NCBI GenBank assembly: GCA_035701185.1
Contig: DASSNX010000112.1
Location: 1-62,826, forward strand
DNA: 62,826 nt
Reading direction: 5' to 3'
DNA from: Candidatus Limnocylindria bacterium
Lineage (GTDB): Bacteria; Chloroflexota; Limnocylindria; QHBO01
Part shown: in pieces, positions 16,604 to 26,428 of the stretch
Position numbering within the stretch: position 1 is the stretch's first letter
Layout: the number at the start of each line of letters is the position of its first letter
The notes under the pieces: model-generated
Told to the model about the DNA's origin: nothing
What the model saw: the letters and a program-made list of their open reading frames with translations, nothing else
Databases searched by the model: none
Made by a program: the position numbers and the translations under genes

Positions 16604-18679
16604 ATGAAGCCCACCTCCCCTGACAAGATCCGGAACGTCGCCCTCATCTCCCACGGTGGCGCCGGCAAGACCAGCCTCGCCGAGGCGATGCTCTTCGACG
16701 CCGGCGCGATCCAGCGACTCGGCAGCGTGGACGCCGGCACGTCCACCCTCGACCACGACCCGGACGAGCAGAAGCGGAAGCAGAGCATCAACCTGGCGAT
16801 CGGCACACTCGAGGCCGATGGCTCCCGCATCACCCTGGTCGACACTCCCGGCTACGCCGATTTCCAGGCCGATGTGGTCGAGGCGCTGTCCGCCGTCGAT
16901 GCGGCAGTTGTGGTGGTCGATGCCAGTGCGGGCGTCGAGGTCGGTACCGAGGCGGTCTGGCGGATGGCCGAGCAGCGCGGGCTGCCGCGCTTCGTGTTCG
17001 TCAACAAGATGGACCGTGAGAACGCGAACTACGACGCGGTGCTCGACCAGCTGAAGGCGCGGTTCGGGCCCAAGATCGCGCCGGTCTACCTGCCCATCGG
17101 CTCGGCCGATTCGTTCCGTGGCTACATCGACGTCATCGAGGAGCACGCCAACGTCTACGAGGGCGGCACGCCGAAGGAGGTGCCGATCCCCGACGATCTG
17201 CAGGGTATCGAGCACTCCCGCCGCGATGCGCTGGTCGAGGCCGCGGCCGAGGCGAGCGACGAGCTGATGATGAAATACCTCGACGGCGAGGAGATCACGG
17301 ACGAGGAGATCGGCGCCGCCATGCACAAGGGCACCCGTGAGGGCAGCGTGGTCCCGGTCTTCGTCGGCAGTGCGCTGAAGAACATCGGGGTCCGCGAGCT
17401 GACGAACATGATCGCCAAGCACGTGCCGTCGGCGGCCGAGGTCGGTGGCCGCACCACCGTGGACGGCAAGGAGTTGACGCCCGATCCGACCGCCCCGTTC
17501 GTGGCGCAGGTCTTCAAGGTCACCGCCGACCCGTTCGTCGGCCGGCTCACCTTCTTCCGCGTCATCTCCGGCACGCTGCGGCCACAGGATCATGTCTGGA
17601 ACGCCACGCGCCGGGAGGAGGAGCGCATCGGCAACATCCTGGGCCTGATGGGCAAGGATCAGGAGAACCTGCCGAGCGCCGGCCCGGGCGATATCGCGGC
17701 GGTCGCCAAGCTCACCAGCACCCAGATCGGCGACACGCTGGTCTCTGATCGCGCCCATGCCGTGGAGCTGCCGAAGCCGACGTTCACCGCGCCAACGCTG
17801 CAGGTCAGCATCGAGCCGGAGTCGAAGGCGGACCTCGACAAGCTGGGCCAGGCGCTGCAGCGCATGCTGGAGGAGGAGCCGGGCATGCGGGTCACTCGCG
17901 AGGAGGCGACCGGCGAGACGATCCTCACCGCCATGGGCGACGCGCACGTCGACGTCATCATCGAGCGCCTGAAGCGCAAGTTCGGCGCGGCGGTCAAGAC
18001 CGGCACCCCAACGGTTCCGTATCGGGAGACCATCCGCAAGCCGACGAAGATCGACAACCGCTTCAAGCGCCAGACCGGCGGCCACGGCCAGTTCGGGCAC
18101 GTGGTGATCGAGTTCGAGCCGCTCGAATCAGGCTCCGGCTTCGAGTTCGGCGACCGGATCGTGGGCGGCGTGGTGCCGAAGCAGTACATCCCCGCCGTGG
18201 AGAAGGGCCTGCGCGAGGCCATGGCGGAGGGGGTGCTTGCGGGGTTCCCGGTGGTCGACATGAAGGCCACCCTGGTCGACGGCAGCTACCACACCGTGGA
18301 CTCCTCGGAGATGGCGTTCAAGGTTGCCGCGTCGCAGGCGTTGAAGCGGGCGTTCCCCGAGGCGAATCCGGTCCTGCTGGAGCCGGTGCTGGAGGTCGAG
18401 GTCACCGTCCCCGATGAGTACATGGGCGACGTGATGGGGCAGATCACTGCGAAGCGCGGCCACGTGCTGGGGATGGACCAGAACGACGGCAAGCAGCAGC
18501 TCCGCGCGCAGGTGCCGCAGGCCGAAATGTTCCACTACGCCACCGAGCTGCGCTCGATCACCCAGGGGCGCGGGACCTTCAGCTGGAAGCTGGACCACTA
18601 CGCCGAGGTGCCGCACAACGTGGCTGAGAAGGTGATCGCCGAGCACGCTGCCAAGGTCGGCGCCGGGGAGAAGCACTAG
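16604..18679 (+). CDS. fusA: elongation factor G (stand-alone paralog, not in an rpsL-rpsG-fusA-tuf context)
   Basis: 691 aa. IRNVALISHGGAGKTSLAEAML, DTPGYADF and NKMDRE form the G-domain, followed by EF-G domains II-V. A GAGGAG SD lies 5 nt upstream. Confidence 0.9.
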   Translation: MKPTSPDKIRNVALISHGGAGKTSLAEAMLFDAGAIQRLGSVDAGTSTLDHDPDEQKRKQSINLAIGTLEADGSRITLVDTPGYADFQADVVEALSAVDAAVVVVDASAGVEVGTEAVWRMAEQRGLPRFVFVNKMDRENANYDAVLDQLKARFGPKIAPVYLPIGSADSFRGYIDVIEEHANVYEGGTPKEVPIPDDLQGIEHSRRDALVEAAAEASDELMMKYLDGEEITDEEIGAAMHKGTREGSVVPVFVGSALKNIGVRELTNMIAKHVPSAAEVGGRTTVDGKELTPDPTAPFVAQVFKVTADPFVGRLTFFRVISGTLRPQDHVWNATRREEERIGNILGLMGKDQENLPSAGPGDIAAVAKLTSTQIGDTLVSDRAHAVELPKPTFTAPTLQVSIEPESKADLDKLGQALQRMLEEEPGMRVTREEATGETILTAMGDAHVDVIIERLKRKFGAAVKTGTPTVPYRETIRKPTKIDNRFKRQTGGHGQFGHVVIEFEPLESGSGFEFGDRIVGGVVPKQYIPAVEKGLREAMAEGVLAGFPVVDMKATLVDGSYHTVDSSEMAFKVAASQALKRAFPEANPVLLEPVLEVEVTVPDEYMGDVMGQITAKRGHVLGMDQNDGKQQLRAQVPQAEMFHYATELRSITQGRGTFSWKLDHYAEVPHNVAEKVIAEHAAKVGAGEKH

Positions 18680-18706
18680 CCGGGGACGGGATGGCGGTGC
18701 CAGCCG

Positions 18707-19993
18707 TCATTCCGTGGGCCGCTGCACCTGTGCCAACTCGACCAAAGCCACGTTCCGCTTGCCGCGACGCAGGACCAGCCAGCGGCCGTGGAGCAGCTGC
18801 TCGCCCGCCGGCACCTGGTCCGCCTCGGTGACCCGGACGTTGTTCAGGTAGGCACCGCCCTCGCCCACGATTCGCCGTGCATCGGAGCGGCTGCGCGCCA
18901 GGCCGGCCTGGACGAGCAGCTCGACGATCGGCGGCAGCGTGCCGTCCAGCGTCACGTGCGGCAGCGCGGTGGCGGCGCTCTCGAGCGCGGCCTCGTCCAG
19001 CTCGCGCAGCTCGCCGTGGCCGAAGATCGCCTGGCTGGCAGCCACCGCCCGTCGCGCCTCCTCGTCGCCGTGGAGCAGCGCGGTCAGCTCCGACGCGAGC
19101 ACCTGCTGCGCCTGCCGCTGCTCGGGTTGCTCGACGGTGGCACGCTCCAGCGCCTCGATCTCCTCGCGTGAGCGGAAGCTGAAGGTGCGCAACAGGGTGC
19201 CGACGTCCGCATCGGCCTGGTTCAGGAAGTACTGGTAGAAGGCGTAGGGCGAGGTCATGGCCGGGTCCAGCCAGAGTGCCCCGGCCTCGGTCTTGCCGTA
19301 TTTCGTGCCATCCGCTCGGGTGATGAGCGGGGTGGCCAGGGCATGGACCGATGCGCCCTCCGCCCGACGGATGAGATCCACGCCGGCCGTCAGGTTGCCC
19401 CACTGGTCGGAGCCCCCGGTCTGCAGGATCGTCCCGTAGCGGCGGTAGAGCTCCAGGTAGTCGAAGGCCTGCAGGATCTGATAGCTGAACTCGGTGTAGC
19501 TGATCCCCTCGTCGTTGAGGCGGGCGCTGACCGCCTCCTTGGCCAGCATGCGGGCCACGCTGAAGTGCTTGCCGATGTCGCGCAGGAAGGTGATGGCGCT
19601 GACGTCCCGTGTCCAATCGAGGTTGTTCACGACGCGCGCCGGGTTGTCCCCCTCCATCGGCAGCAGATTGGTGACCTGGGCGCGAATGCGCTCCACCCAG
19701 TCGGCGACGACATCGACCTCGTTGAGGACGCGTTCAGCCGACTTGCCGCTGGGATCCCCGATCAACCCCGTCGAGCCGCCGACGACGCAGATCGCGTGGT
19801 GCCCGGCGTCCTGCAGCCGCCGCATGGTGACGAGCTGGACGAGGTTGCCGAAATGGAGCGACGGGGCCGATGGATCGAAGCCGCAGTAGAAGGTGATCGG
19901 CCCGGCCGCCAGGGCGGCCTCCAGGGCCGCCTCGTCGGTGGTGAGGGCCAGCTGGCCGCGCCAGCGCAGGTCGTCCAGGATGGTGCCGCTCAT
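18707..19993 (-). CDS. tyrS: tyrosine--tRNA ligase
   Basis: FYCGFDPSAPSLHFGNL (HIGH), KYGKTE (KMSKS-like) and a C-terminal S4 domain. Confidence 0.95.
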   Translation of the reverse strand: MSGTILDDLRWRGQLALTTDEAALEAALAAGPITFYCGFDPSAPSLHFGNLVQLVTMRRLQDAGHHAICVVGGSTGLIGDPSGKSAERVLNEVDVVADWVERIRAQVTNLLPMEGDNPARVVNNLDWTRDVSAITFLRDIGKHFSVARMLAKEAVSARLNDEGISYTEFSYQILQAFDYLELYRRYGTILQTGGSDQWGNLTAGVDLIRRAEGASVHALATPLITRADGTKYGKTEAGALWLDPAMTSPYAFYQYFLNQADADVGTLLRTFSFRSREEIEALERATVEQPEQRQAQQVLASELTALLHGDEEARRAVAASQAIFGHGELRELDEAALESAATALPHVTLDGTLPPIVELLVQAGLARSRSDARRIVGEGGAYLNNVRVTEADQVPAGEQLLHGRWLVLRRGKRNVALVELAQVQRPTE

Positions 19994-20043
19994 GGGCCTG
20001 CGAGTATAGGGGCCGGCACCGTCCGTGCTATCGTCCCCAGCCG

Positions 20044-22716
20044 ATGTCCCAGCCGCGGCCGATGCGCGCCTCCCCCAGCCGATCTCCCTCCCGCCGTCCG
20101 CCGCGCGGCGCCTCGCGCCTTCCCGCGCGCCCCGGCGGCATCGCCCTCCTGCCCGCCGTGATCCTGGGTGCCTTCACCGCGGTGGCTGCCGCGCTTTTCA
20201 TCGGCATGTTGGGCGTCTACGCGGCCTACACCACGGACCTGCCATCGGTGAAGGACCTGGCCAACTTCCAGCTGGACCAGGGCTCGCGCGTCTACTCCGC
20301 CGATGGCGTGGAGCTGGCGAGCTTTGCCGCCGAGCAGCGCGAGGTGGTCCGGTACGAGGACATCCCGCAGCTGCTGGTCGATGCCCAGGTGGCGGCCGAG
20401 GACCGGACCTTCTGGACGAACCCCTGCATCGACTTCCGCGGCATCCTGCGCGCCGCGTACCAGAACGTCACGGCGGGCGACGTCGTGTCCGGCGCCTCGA
20501 CGATCTGCCAGCAGCTCGTCCGCATCCGCCTCTTCGACGCGGACCTGATGGCCGATCCGGACCGGATCCTGGAGCGCAAGATCAAGGAGGCGATCCTGGC
20601 CCTGCGGGTCGGCGACGAGTACCCGGGCGAGCAGGGCAAGCAGCAGATCCTGGCGATGTACATGAACCAGGTCTACTACGGCAACAACGCCTACGGCATC
20701 AAGGCCGCCGCACGGGCCTACTTCGGCAAGGACATCACCTCCGACAAGCCCGAGGACAAGCTGACCGTCGGCGAAGCGGCGATGCTGGTCGGCCTGGTGC
20801 GAAGCCCATCGGCCCTGGATCCCACCAAGGAGGCGGTGGAGCGCAAGGACGACCGCGGCCGCACGATCCTGGTCGTGCCGAACAGCGCCGGCGCCAAGCG
20901 CGTGCAGGGCTTCGTGCTCGACCGGATGCTGGAGGACGGCTACATCACCAAGGACGAAGCCGATGCCGCCGCCGCCGAGCGGATCGTGCTCGCGCCGCAG
21001 CGGGCGCGCCGCTATCGGGCGCCGCACTTCGTGTACGCCGTGCGACGCGCGGCCTCCGACCTGCTCGGCAACGAGGACCTGCTCGATCGCGGCGGCCTGC
21101 GGATCGACACGACGCTGCAGTACCGCCAGTACCAGGTCCCGGCCGAGAAGTGGGCCGGCGTGGCATACGACCTCGATCGGCTCAGCGACGACCGCCTGGT
21201 GGCGAAGTACGGCCAGGCGGCGCTGAGCTGGATCAAGCAGCTGCAGGGCCGCAACATCAACAACGACGCGCTGGTCAGCCTCAACTACCGGACCGGGGCG
21301 GTGATCGCCTATGTCGGCTCGTCGAACTACTACGGCCGCGCCACCGACGCCCATCAGCCGGCCTTCGACGTCGTGGGCCAGGCCTATCGTCAGTCGGGGT
21401 CCGCCTTCAAGCCGATCACCTACGCCACGGGCTTCGAGACCGGGGCGATCACCCCCGCCACGATGCTGATGGACGTCAAGGGCGACATCGTCGGCGGCTA
21501 CTCGGTGCCGAATGCCGACGGCCGCGAACGCGGGCCCGTCCGTATCCGCGACGCGCTGAAGTACTCGATGAACATCCCCGCCGCCAAGGCCCAGCAGATC
21601 ATCGGCACCCACGAGGTGGCGGAGATGGCCAAGCGCCTGGGCCTGCGCTGGGACCCGCAGCAGGAGTCCCAGCCGGGCGGCGTGGAGGTGCCGTCGCTGA
21701 CGCTCGGCACGATCGGCATCCACCAGCTGGATCTCGCCGGCGCGTACGGCGCCCTGGCCAACGGCGGCGTGCTGGAACCGACCTATTTGATCGAGAAGAT
21801 CACCGACGCCAACGGGACCGTGATCTACGACCACAGCCAGGACGCGCCAGAGCCGCGGCGCGTGCTCTCGGCGCAGGCTGCCTACCTGGTGACGGACATC
21901 CTGGCGGACAACACCGACCCGGCCCAGAACTCGATCTGGGGCCAGCGCTTCCAGCTCCAGACCGCGCAGGGGCGGCGCCCGGCAACGCTCAAGACGGGTA
22001 CCACCAACGACTTCCGTGATCTGCAGGCCTTCGGCTACCTGGCGCCCGACAAGGATCCGAAGAACCCCGACGGCGCCATCGTCACCGGCGTCTGGGTCGG
22101 CAACAGCGACTTCTCCCGCATCGCCGATGTCTTCGCCGCCGATGGCCCCACCTTCATCTGGCATGACTACATGGCCGAGGTCTCGGACGCCGCCAAGCTG
22201 CCGGTCCGCGACTTCCCGCGGCCGGACGGCATCGTCGAACGGCAGGTCGATGCCGTGACCGGCATGCTGCCGGGCCCCTACACCTCGCAGACGGTCAACG
22301 AGGTCTTCAGCGCCGGCAACGTCCCCGACCAGGAGGACGACCTGCATCAGCGCCTGCGGATCGAGACCGCCACCGGCAAGATCTGGCAGGAGGGCTGCGG
22401 CGACTCGAGCAGCAGCGCCCAGGGCCGCATCTACCTCCAGCTCGACGGCTATGAGAAGGATCACCCGACCTGGAACCGCGCCAACGAGCGCTGGATCGAG
22501 AAGTGGCGGGGGCACGAGCGGGAGCTGGTCCGCAGCCCGGCGCCGCCGCTGGGCTACGCCCTGGCGCCGACCGAGAAGTGCACGCCCGGCGAGGTGCCCA
22601 CCTCCACGCCGTCGCCCTCCCCGACGCCGATCCCCTCGCCCACACCGACGCCGGCGGCCACGCCAGAGGGCACGCCGACGCCAGAGCCGTCCCCGACGCC
22701 GACCGCCACCCCCTAG
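20044..22716 (+). CDS. class A penicillin-binding protein (glycosyltransferase + transpeptidase) with Pro/Thr/Ser-rich C-terminal tail
   Basis: EDRTFW, GASTICQQLV and RKIKEA are GT51 motifs. SGSAFKP (SxxK) and KTGTTND (KTG) are transpeptidase motifs. The tail is TSTPSPSPTPIPSPTPTPAATPEGTPTPEPSPTPTATP. Confidence 0.9.
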   Translation: MSQPRPMRASPSRSPSRRPPRGASRLPARPGGIALLPAVILGAFTAVAAALFIGMLGVYAAYTTDLPSVKDLANFQLDQGSRVYSADGVELASFAAEQREVVRYEDIPQLLVDAQVAAEDRTFWTNPCIDFRGILRAAYQNVTAGDVVSGASTICQQLVRIRLFDADLMADPDRILERKIKEAILALRVGDEYPGEQGKQQILAMYMNQVYYGNNAYGIKAAARAYFGKDITSDKPEDKLTVGEAAMLVGLVRSPSALDPTKEAVERKDDRGRTILVVPNSAGAKRVQGFVLDRMLEDGYITKDEADAAAAERIVLAPQRARRYRAPHFVYAVRRAASDLLGNEDLLDRGGLRIDTTLQYRQYQVPAEKWAGVAYDLDRLSDDRLVAKYGQAALSWIKQLQGRNINNDALVSLNYRTGAVIAYVGSSNYYGRATDAHQPAFDVVGQAYRQSGSAFKPITYATGFETGAITPATMLMDVKGDIVGGYSVPNADGRERGPVRIRDALKYSMNIPAAKAQQIIGTHEVAEMAKRLGLRWDPQQESQPGGVEVPSLTLGTIGIHQLDLAGAYGALANGGVLEPTYLIEKITDANGTVIYDHSQDAPEPRRVLSAQAAYLVTDILADNTDPAQNSIWGQRFQLQTAQGRRPATLKTGTTNDFRDLQAFGYLAPDKDPKNPDGAIVTGVWVGNSDFSRIADVFAADGPTFIWHDYMAEVSDAAKLPVRDFPRPDGIVERQVDAVTGMLPGPYTSQTVNEVFSAGNVPDQEDDLHQRLRIETATGKIWQEGCGDSSSSAQGRIYLQLDGYEKDHPTWNRANERWIEKWRGHERELVRSPAPPLGYALAPTEKCTPGEVPTSTPSPSPTPIPSPTPTPAATPEGTPTPEPSPTPTATP

Positions 22717-25145
22717 AGCTCGGCGACGGTGGCGCCGTCGCCACCCTCGTCGCGGCGGCCGCTCCGCATCGTGCGAACGCGGGGATGGTCCGCCAGGTAC
22801 TCGCGGATCGCGCGGCGCAGCGCGCCCGTCCCGGCGCCGTGGATGATGACCGCCTGGTCCAACCCGGCCAGCAGCGCTTCGTCCAGGTAGGCGGCCAGCC
22901 GCTCGAGGGCCGCCTCCACCCGCTCACCGCGCAGGTCGAGCCGTGGCGCGATGCGGCTCGCCGCCCGGCGGCGCAGCTCCTCGGCCTCCAGGTCGCGTGG
23001 CGCCGGGCCAGACACCGGCTCGGGAATGACCTCCACGTCGTCGGCGGGGACGACCACCCGCGCCTCATCGGTCTCCAGGGTCACGCGGCCGGTCCGGCCG
23101 CTGACCTCCACGATCCGGCCGGCGCTCCCCAGCGTGCGGCTGCGGCCGTACAGGCCGACCCGTGGCTGTTCGGTGGCGGTCGTCGCCTCGTCGAGCGCCG
23201 GCGCGGCCCGCTGCGTCGCCTGGCGCGCCGCGGCGGTACGGGTGGCAAGCTGGTCGAGTGCGGCAGTCCCCGCGCCTCGTTCCGCCGCCCGCCGGCCGCC
23301 CTGGACATTCCGCTGGCGCGTCAGCTCCCGCCGCACCTCCGCCACCTCGCGCTCGGCACGGGCCAGCAGCTCGTCGGCGGCTCGCCGGGCATCGCCCAGG
23401 ATGGCGGCTGCCTCGCGGCGGGCCCGTTCGACGCCGGTGCGCGCCAGGTCCCGCTCCTGGGTGGCCGCGCTGCGGGCTGCCTCGGCTTCCGCCAGCTCGC
23501 TCTCGCGCGCCTCCTGGGCGCGCGAGATGGCCGCCAGCGCCGCCTCCATGGTGAGGTGCTCGGCCGCCAGCCGGGAGCGGGCATCGGCCAGGATCGGCTC
23601 CGGCAGCCCCAGGCGCTGTGCAATGGCGAAGGCCTGCGACTTGCCGGGCAGGCCGATCTCCAGGCGGTACGCCGGCCGCAGCGTCTTCACGTCGAAGGCG
23701 ACCGACGCGTTGCTGACCAGCGGATGCTCCTCGGCGAAGGTCTTGAGCTCGGCATAGTGCGTCGTGGCCGCCAGGGTCGCGCCCGCGGCGAGCAGCGCGT
23801 CAACCACCGCCATGGCGAGCGCGGACCCTTCGGTCGGGTCGGTGCCGGCACCGATCTCGTCGAGCAGAACGAGCGTGCCCGGACCAGCAGCGGCCATGAA
23901 GCGCACGACGTTGCGCAGGTGGCTCGAGAAGGTCGACAGCGACTGCGCGATGCTCTGCTCATCGCCGATGTCGGCCATGACGCGGGCGAACACCGGCAGG
24001 CGCGCGCCCTCGGCTGCCGGCACGCGCAGGCCGGCCTGGTGCATCAGGGCCAGCAGGCCGATGGTCTTGAGCGACACCGTCTTGCCGCCGGTGTTCGGCC
24101 CGGTCACCACCAGGGCCCGATAGCCGAACCGCTCCCCCAGCCGCAGGTCGATGGGCACGGCCGCGCTGCCGAGCAGCGGGTGGCGGGCGCTCAGGAGCTC
24201 CAGGGCGTCATCGGCGACCGCGGGCCGCACGCCATCCTGCTGCATGCCGAGCCGCGCCCGCGCCAGCCAGAGGTCGGCGCGCGCCAGCGCCTGCAGCGAG
24301 GCGAGCAGGCTTTCGCCGCGTGCCTCCACGGCGCGTGACAGCTCGTCGAGGATGCGCTCCTCCTCGCGCGCGGCGTCGAGCGTCGCCTGCGTCCAGGTAT
24401 TGTTCAGCTCCACCACGCCCATGGGCTCGATGAACAGGGTCGCGCCAGAGGCGCTCTGGTCGTGGACGATGCCCTTCACCCGACCCTTGGCCTCGGCGCG
24501 CACCGGGATCACGTAGCGCCCGGCGCGGACCGTCACGATCGGCTCGCCGATGACGCCGGCCAGGTCGGCCGAGTGCAACATCGCGTTCAGCCGCTCCCGC
24601 ACCCGATCCTGTGCTGTGCGAAGCCGCTTGCGGATCGCCGCCAGCTCGGCCGACGCCGTGTCCAGCACCTCTCCACTCTCATCGACGCTGCGCCCGATGC
24701 GCTGGCGGAGATCCGGCGCGGCATCCAGCGCGTCGCGCACCGCGGCGAGCTGTGGTCCTTCCCAGTCCGCCAGGCGCTCGGCGAAGAGGCCCGCCGCCCG
24801 CGCCGTCTCGGCCACGTCCAGCAGCTCCAGCGCGGTGAGCCGCCCGCCACGCCTGGCGCGTCCCAGCGCCTCGCGGATGTCGCGTGCCCCACCAATTCCC
24901 GCCTGCGCCTGCTCGTGGATGAGCCGCGTCGCCTCGTCGGTCTGGTCCTGCAGCAGGGCCACGTGCGCGGCATTGGCGACCGGAAGCGTGGCACTGGCGA
25001 GCTCGCGCGACGGGCCGAAGGCCGTCAGCTCGGCGATCTGCTCGACGACCGCCGCGAACTCGAGGGCGCCCAGCGTGCCGGCATCGGCGGCGGCTCCCGG
25101 CGCCAGGTCGGTGGCGGGGTCAGGGGCGGGAGCGGTGCGGGTCAT
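22713..25145 (-). CDS. mutS2: endonuclease MutS2 (Smr domain)
   Basis: VVTGPNTGGKTVSLKTIGL (Walker A), LVLLDEIGAGTDP and a C-terminal Smr domain (LDLRGERVEAAL....IIHGAGTGALR). Start set to the ATG at 25145. It overlaps the mpg 3' end by 26 nt, so a later start is possible. Confidence 0.9.
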   Translation of the reverse strand: MTRTAPAPDPATDLAPGAAADAGTLGALEFAAVVEQIAELTAFGPSRELASATLPVANAAHVALLQDQTDEATRLIHEQAQAGIGGARDIREALGRARRGGRLTALELLDVAETARAAGLFAERLADWEGPQLAAVRDALDAAPDLRQRIGRSVDESGEVLDTASAELAAIRKRLRTAQDRVRERLNAMLHSADLAGVIGEPIVTVRAGRYVIPVRAEAKGRVKGIVHDQSASGATLFIEPMGVVELNNTWTQATLDAAREEERILDELSRAVEARGESLLASLQALARADLWLARARLGMQQDGVRPAVADDALELLSARHPLLGSAAVPIDLRLGERFGYRALVVTGPNTGGKTVSLKTIGLLALMHQAGLRVPAAEGARLPVFARVMADIGDEQSIAQSLSTFSSHLRNVVRFMAAAGPGTLVLLDEIGAGTDPTEGSALAMAVVDALLAAGATLAATTHYAELKTFAEEHPLVSNASVAFDVKTLRPAYRLEIGLPGKSQAFAIAQRLGLPEPILADARSRLAAEHLTMEAALAAISRAQEARESELAEAEAARSAATQERDLARTGVERARREAAAILGDARRAADELLARAEREVAEVRRELTRQRNVQGGRRAAERGAGTAALDQLATRTAAARQATQRAAPALDEATTATEQPRVGLYGRSRTLGSAGRIVEVSGRTGRVTLETDEARVVVPADDVEVIPEPVSGPAPRDLEAEELRRRAASRIAPRLDLRGERVEAALERLAAYLDEALLAGLDQAVIIHGAGTGALRRAIREYLADHPRVRTMRSGRRDEGGDGATVAEL

Positions 25146-25749
25146 CGCGAATCGAGAAACGGAGGGGAGCTGCCGCCCAGTCGCCGGCGTAGGCCACGCC
25201 GACCCGTGGCGATCGTTCGATTTCGAATGCGGCGGAGCCATCGGCGCCGTGCGCCAGCCAGACCGGCCCGCTCAGCAGGTCCAGGCCGTTGTGCCTGCGG
25301 TTCAGGGCGAATGCCGCGCTCAGGTTGCCCGGACCGGCGGCCAGGCGCTCCGCCGGCACCGCACCGCGGTCCTCGCGTGCCAGCGCCTCGCCCTCGACGA
25401 TCTCCGCGGCGCGCAGGAGCACGGCCTCGGGCTTCGCGCCGGGGCCACACACCACGTTGGCGCAGTGATGCAGGCCGTACACGAGGTAGACGTACAGGTG
25501 GCCCGGCGCGCCGAACATCACCGCGTTGCGCTCCGTCCGGCCACGCGATGAATGGGCGGCGAGGTCCTCCGGGCCCTGGTAGGCCTCCACCTCGACGATG
25601 CGGCCCACGATTCGCCCCTCCGGCCGCTCGTGGACGAGGAACGCGCCGAGCAGGTCCGGCGCCACCGCGGCAGAGGGCCGGTCGAACCAGGCGCGGTCCG
25701 TGATCCGCCGCAGCTCGACGGCTGGCTCGCCGGCCGCGACCGCGGTCAT
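25120..25749 (-). CDS. mpg: DNA-3-methyladenine glycosylase (AAG/Mpg family)
   Basis: VAPDLLGAFLVH, RIVEVEAYQGPEDLAAHS, GHLYVYLVYGLHHCANVV. Confidence 0.85.
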   Translation of the reverse strand: MTAVAAGEPAVELRRITDRAWFDRPSAAVAPDLLGAFLVHERPEGRIVGRIVEVEAYQGPEDLAAHSSRGRTERNAVMFGAPGHLYVYLVYGLHHCANVVCGPGAKPEAVLLRAAEIVEGEALAREDRGAVPAERLAAGPGNLSAAFALNRRHNGLDLLSGPVWLAHGADGSAAFEIERSPRVGVAYAGDWAAAPLRFSIRDDPHRSRP

Positions 25750-26315
25750 TTCGGTTCCAGGAGCTTGGCGATGTCGCTCGGCACGAACGGCTTGGCCAGG
25801 AAGCCGAAGGTCGGGATCAGCGTGGAGCGGAAGAACTCGACCAGCACCGAGCCATCCATGGCCCGATAGAAGCCCTCCAGCAGGCCGGTGCCCGCGACGT
25901 CGGCGTCGCTCGCGAACTTGTAGAAGCTATCCAGCACGAGCAGCAGGAACATGATCGTGACGGCGGCGAACACGAGCCCCACGACCGCCCCACCCAGCTC
26001 GTCGAGCTGCTTGACGATCGGCAGCCGGGTGCGCCGATACAGGGCGCGGACGATGAACCAGCCGCCCACCACCAGGCCGATGAAGAGCACCAGGAAGATG
26101 ATCAGCAGCCGGATATCGGGCGTGAACGCCTCCCAGAAGCTGAGCAGGTCGAAGACCGGGTCCCGCAGCTGCGAGGCGAGGACGAAGGCGATGACCACCA
26201 CCAGCGCGTTCAGCACCTGGCGGATGAGCCCCTGCGTGAAGCCGGCGAACACGCCGCCGGCGAGGCAGGCGACGATGAACAGGTCGATCGGGCTCAGCCT
26301 CGACAGGAACTCCAC
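25746..26315 (-). CDS. cvpA: CvpA family membrane protein
   Basis: IDLFIVACLAGGVFAGFTQGLIRQV and four TM helices. GTG start with a GAGGAGG SD. Confidence 0.7.
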   Translation of the reverse strand: MEFLSRLSPIDLFIVACLAGGVFAGFTQGLIRQVLNALVVVIAFVLASQLRDPVFDLLSFWEAFTPDIRLLIIFLVLFIGLVVGGWFIVRALYRRTRLPIVKQLDELGGAVVGLVFAAVTIMFLLLVLDSFYKFASDADVAGTGLLEGFYRAMDGSVLVEFFRSTLIPTFGFLAKPFVPSDIAKLLEPK

Positions 26316-26428
26316 GCCGCATCCTCCTCATCGCGCTCGGGATTGCCCGCCGGCAGCCCGGCGCGGGCGGGCGAAGGGTAGCAGTCCGCCAAACGCCGGC
26401 ACAAGGTGAGCGGCGGGGGCCGAATCGG

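Noticed and set aside
18680-20043. T-box or other aminoacyl-tRNA synthetase leaders upstream of tyrS, thrS and pheS.
   Set aside because: The upstream gaps are only 50 nt (tyrS), 19 nt (thrS) and 85 nt (pheS). These are too short for a ~200-nt T-box, and I could not find the T-box consensus (AAUUAGGGUGGUACCGCG-like).
22600-22716. A Pro/Thr/Ser-rich repetitive DNA at the end of the PBP gene, considered as a separate repeat element.
   Set aside because: It is in frame with the PBP and ends at its stop codon. Low-complexity PT linkers and tails are common in envelope proteins.
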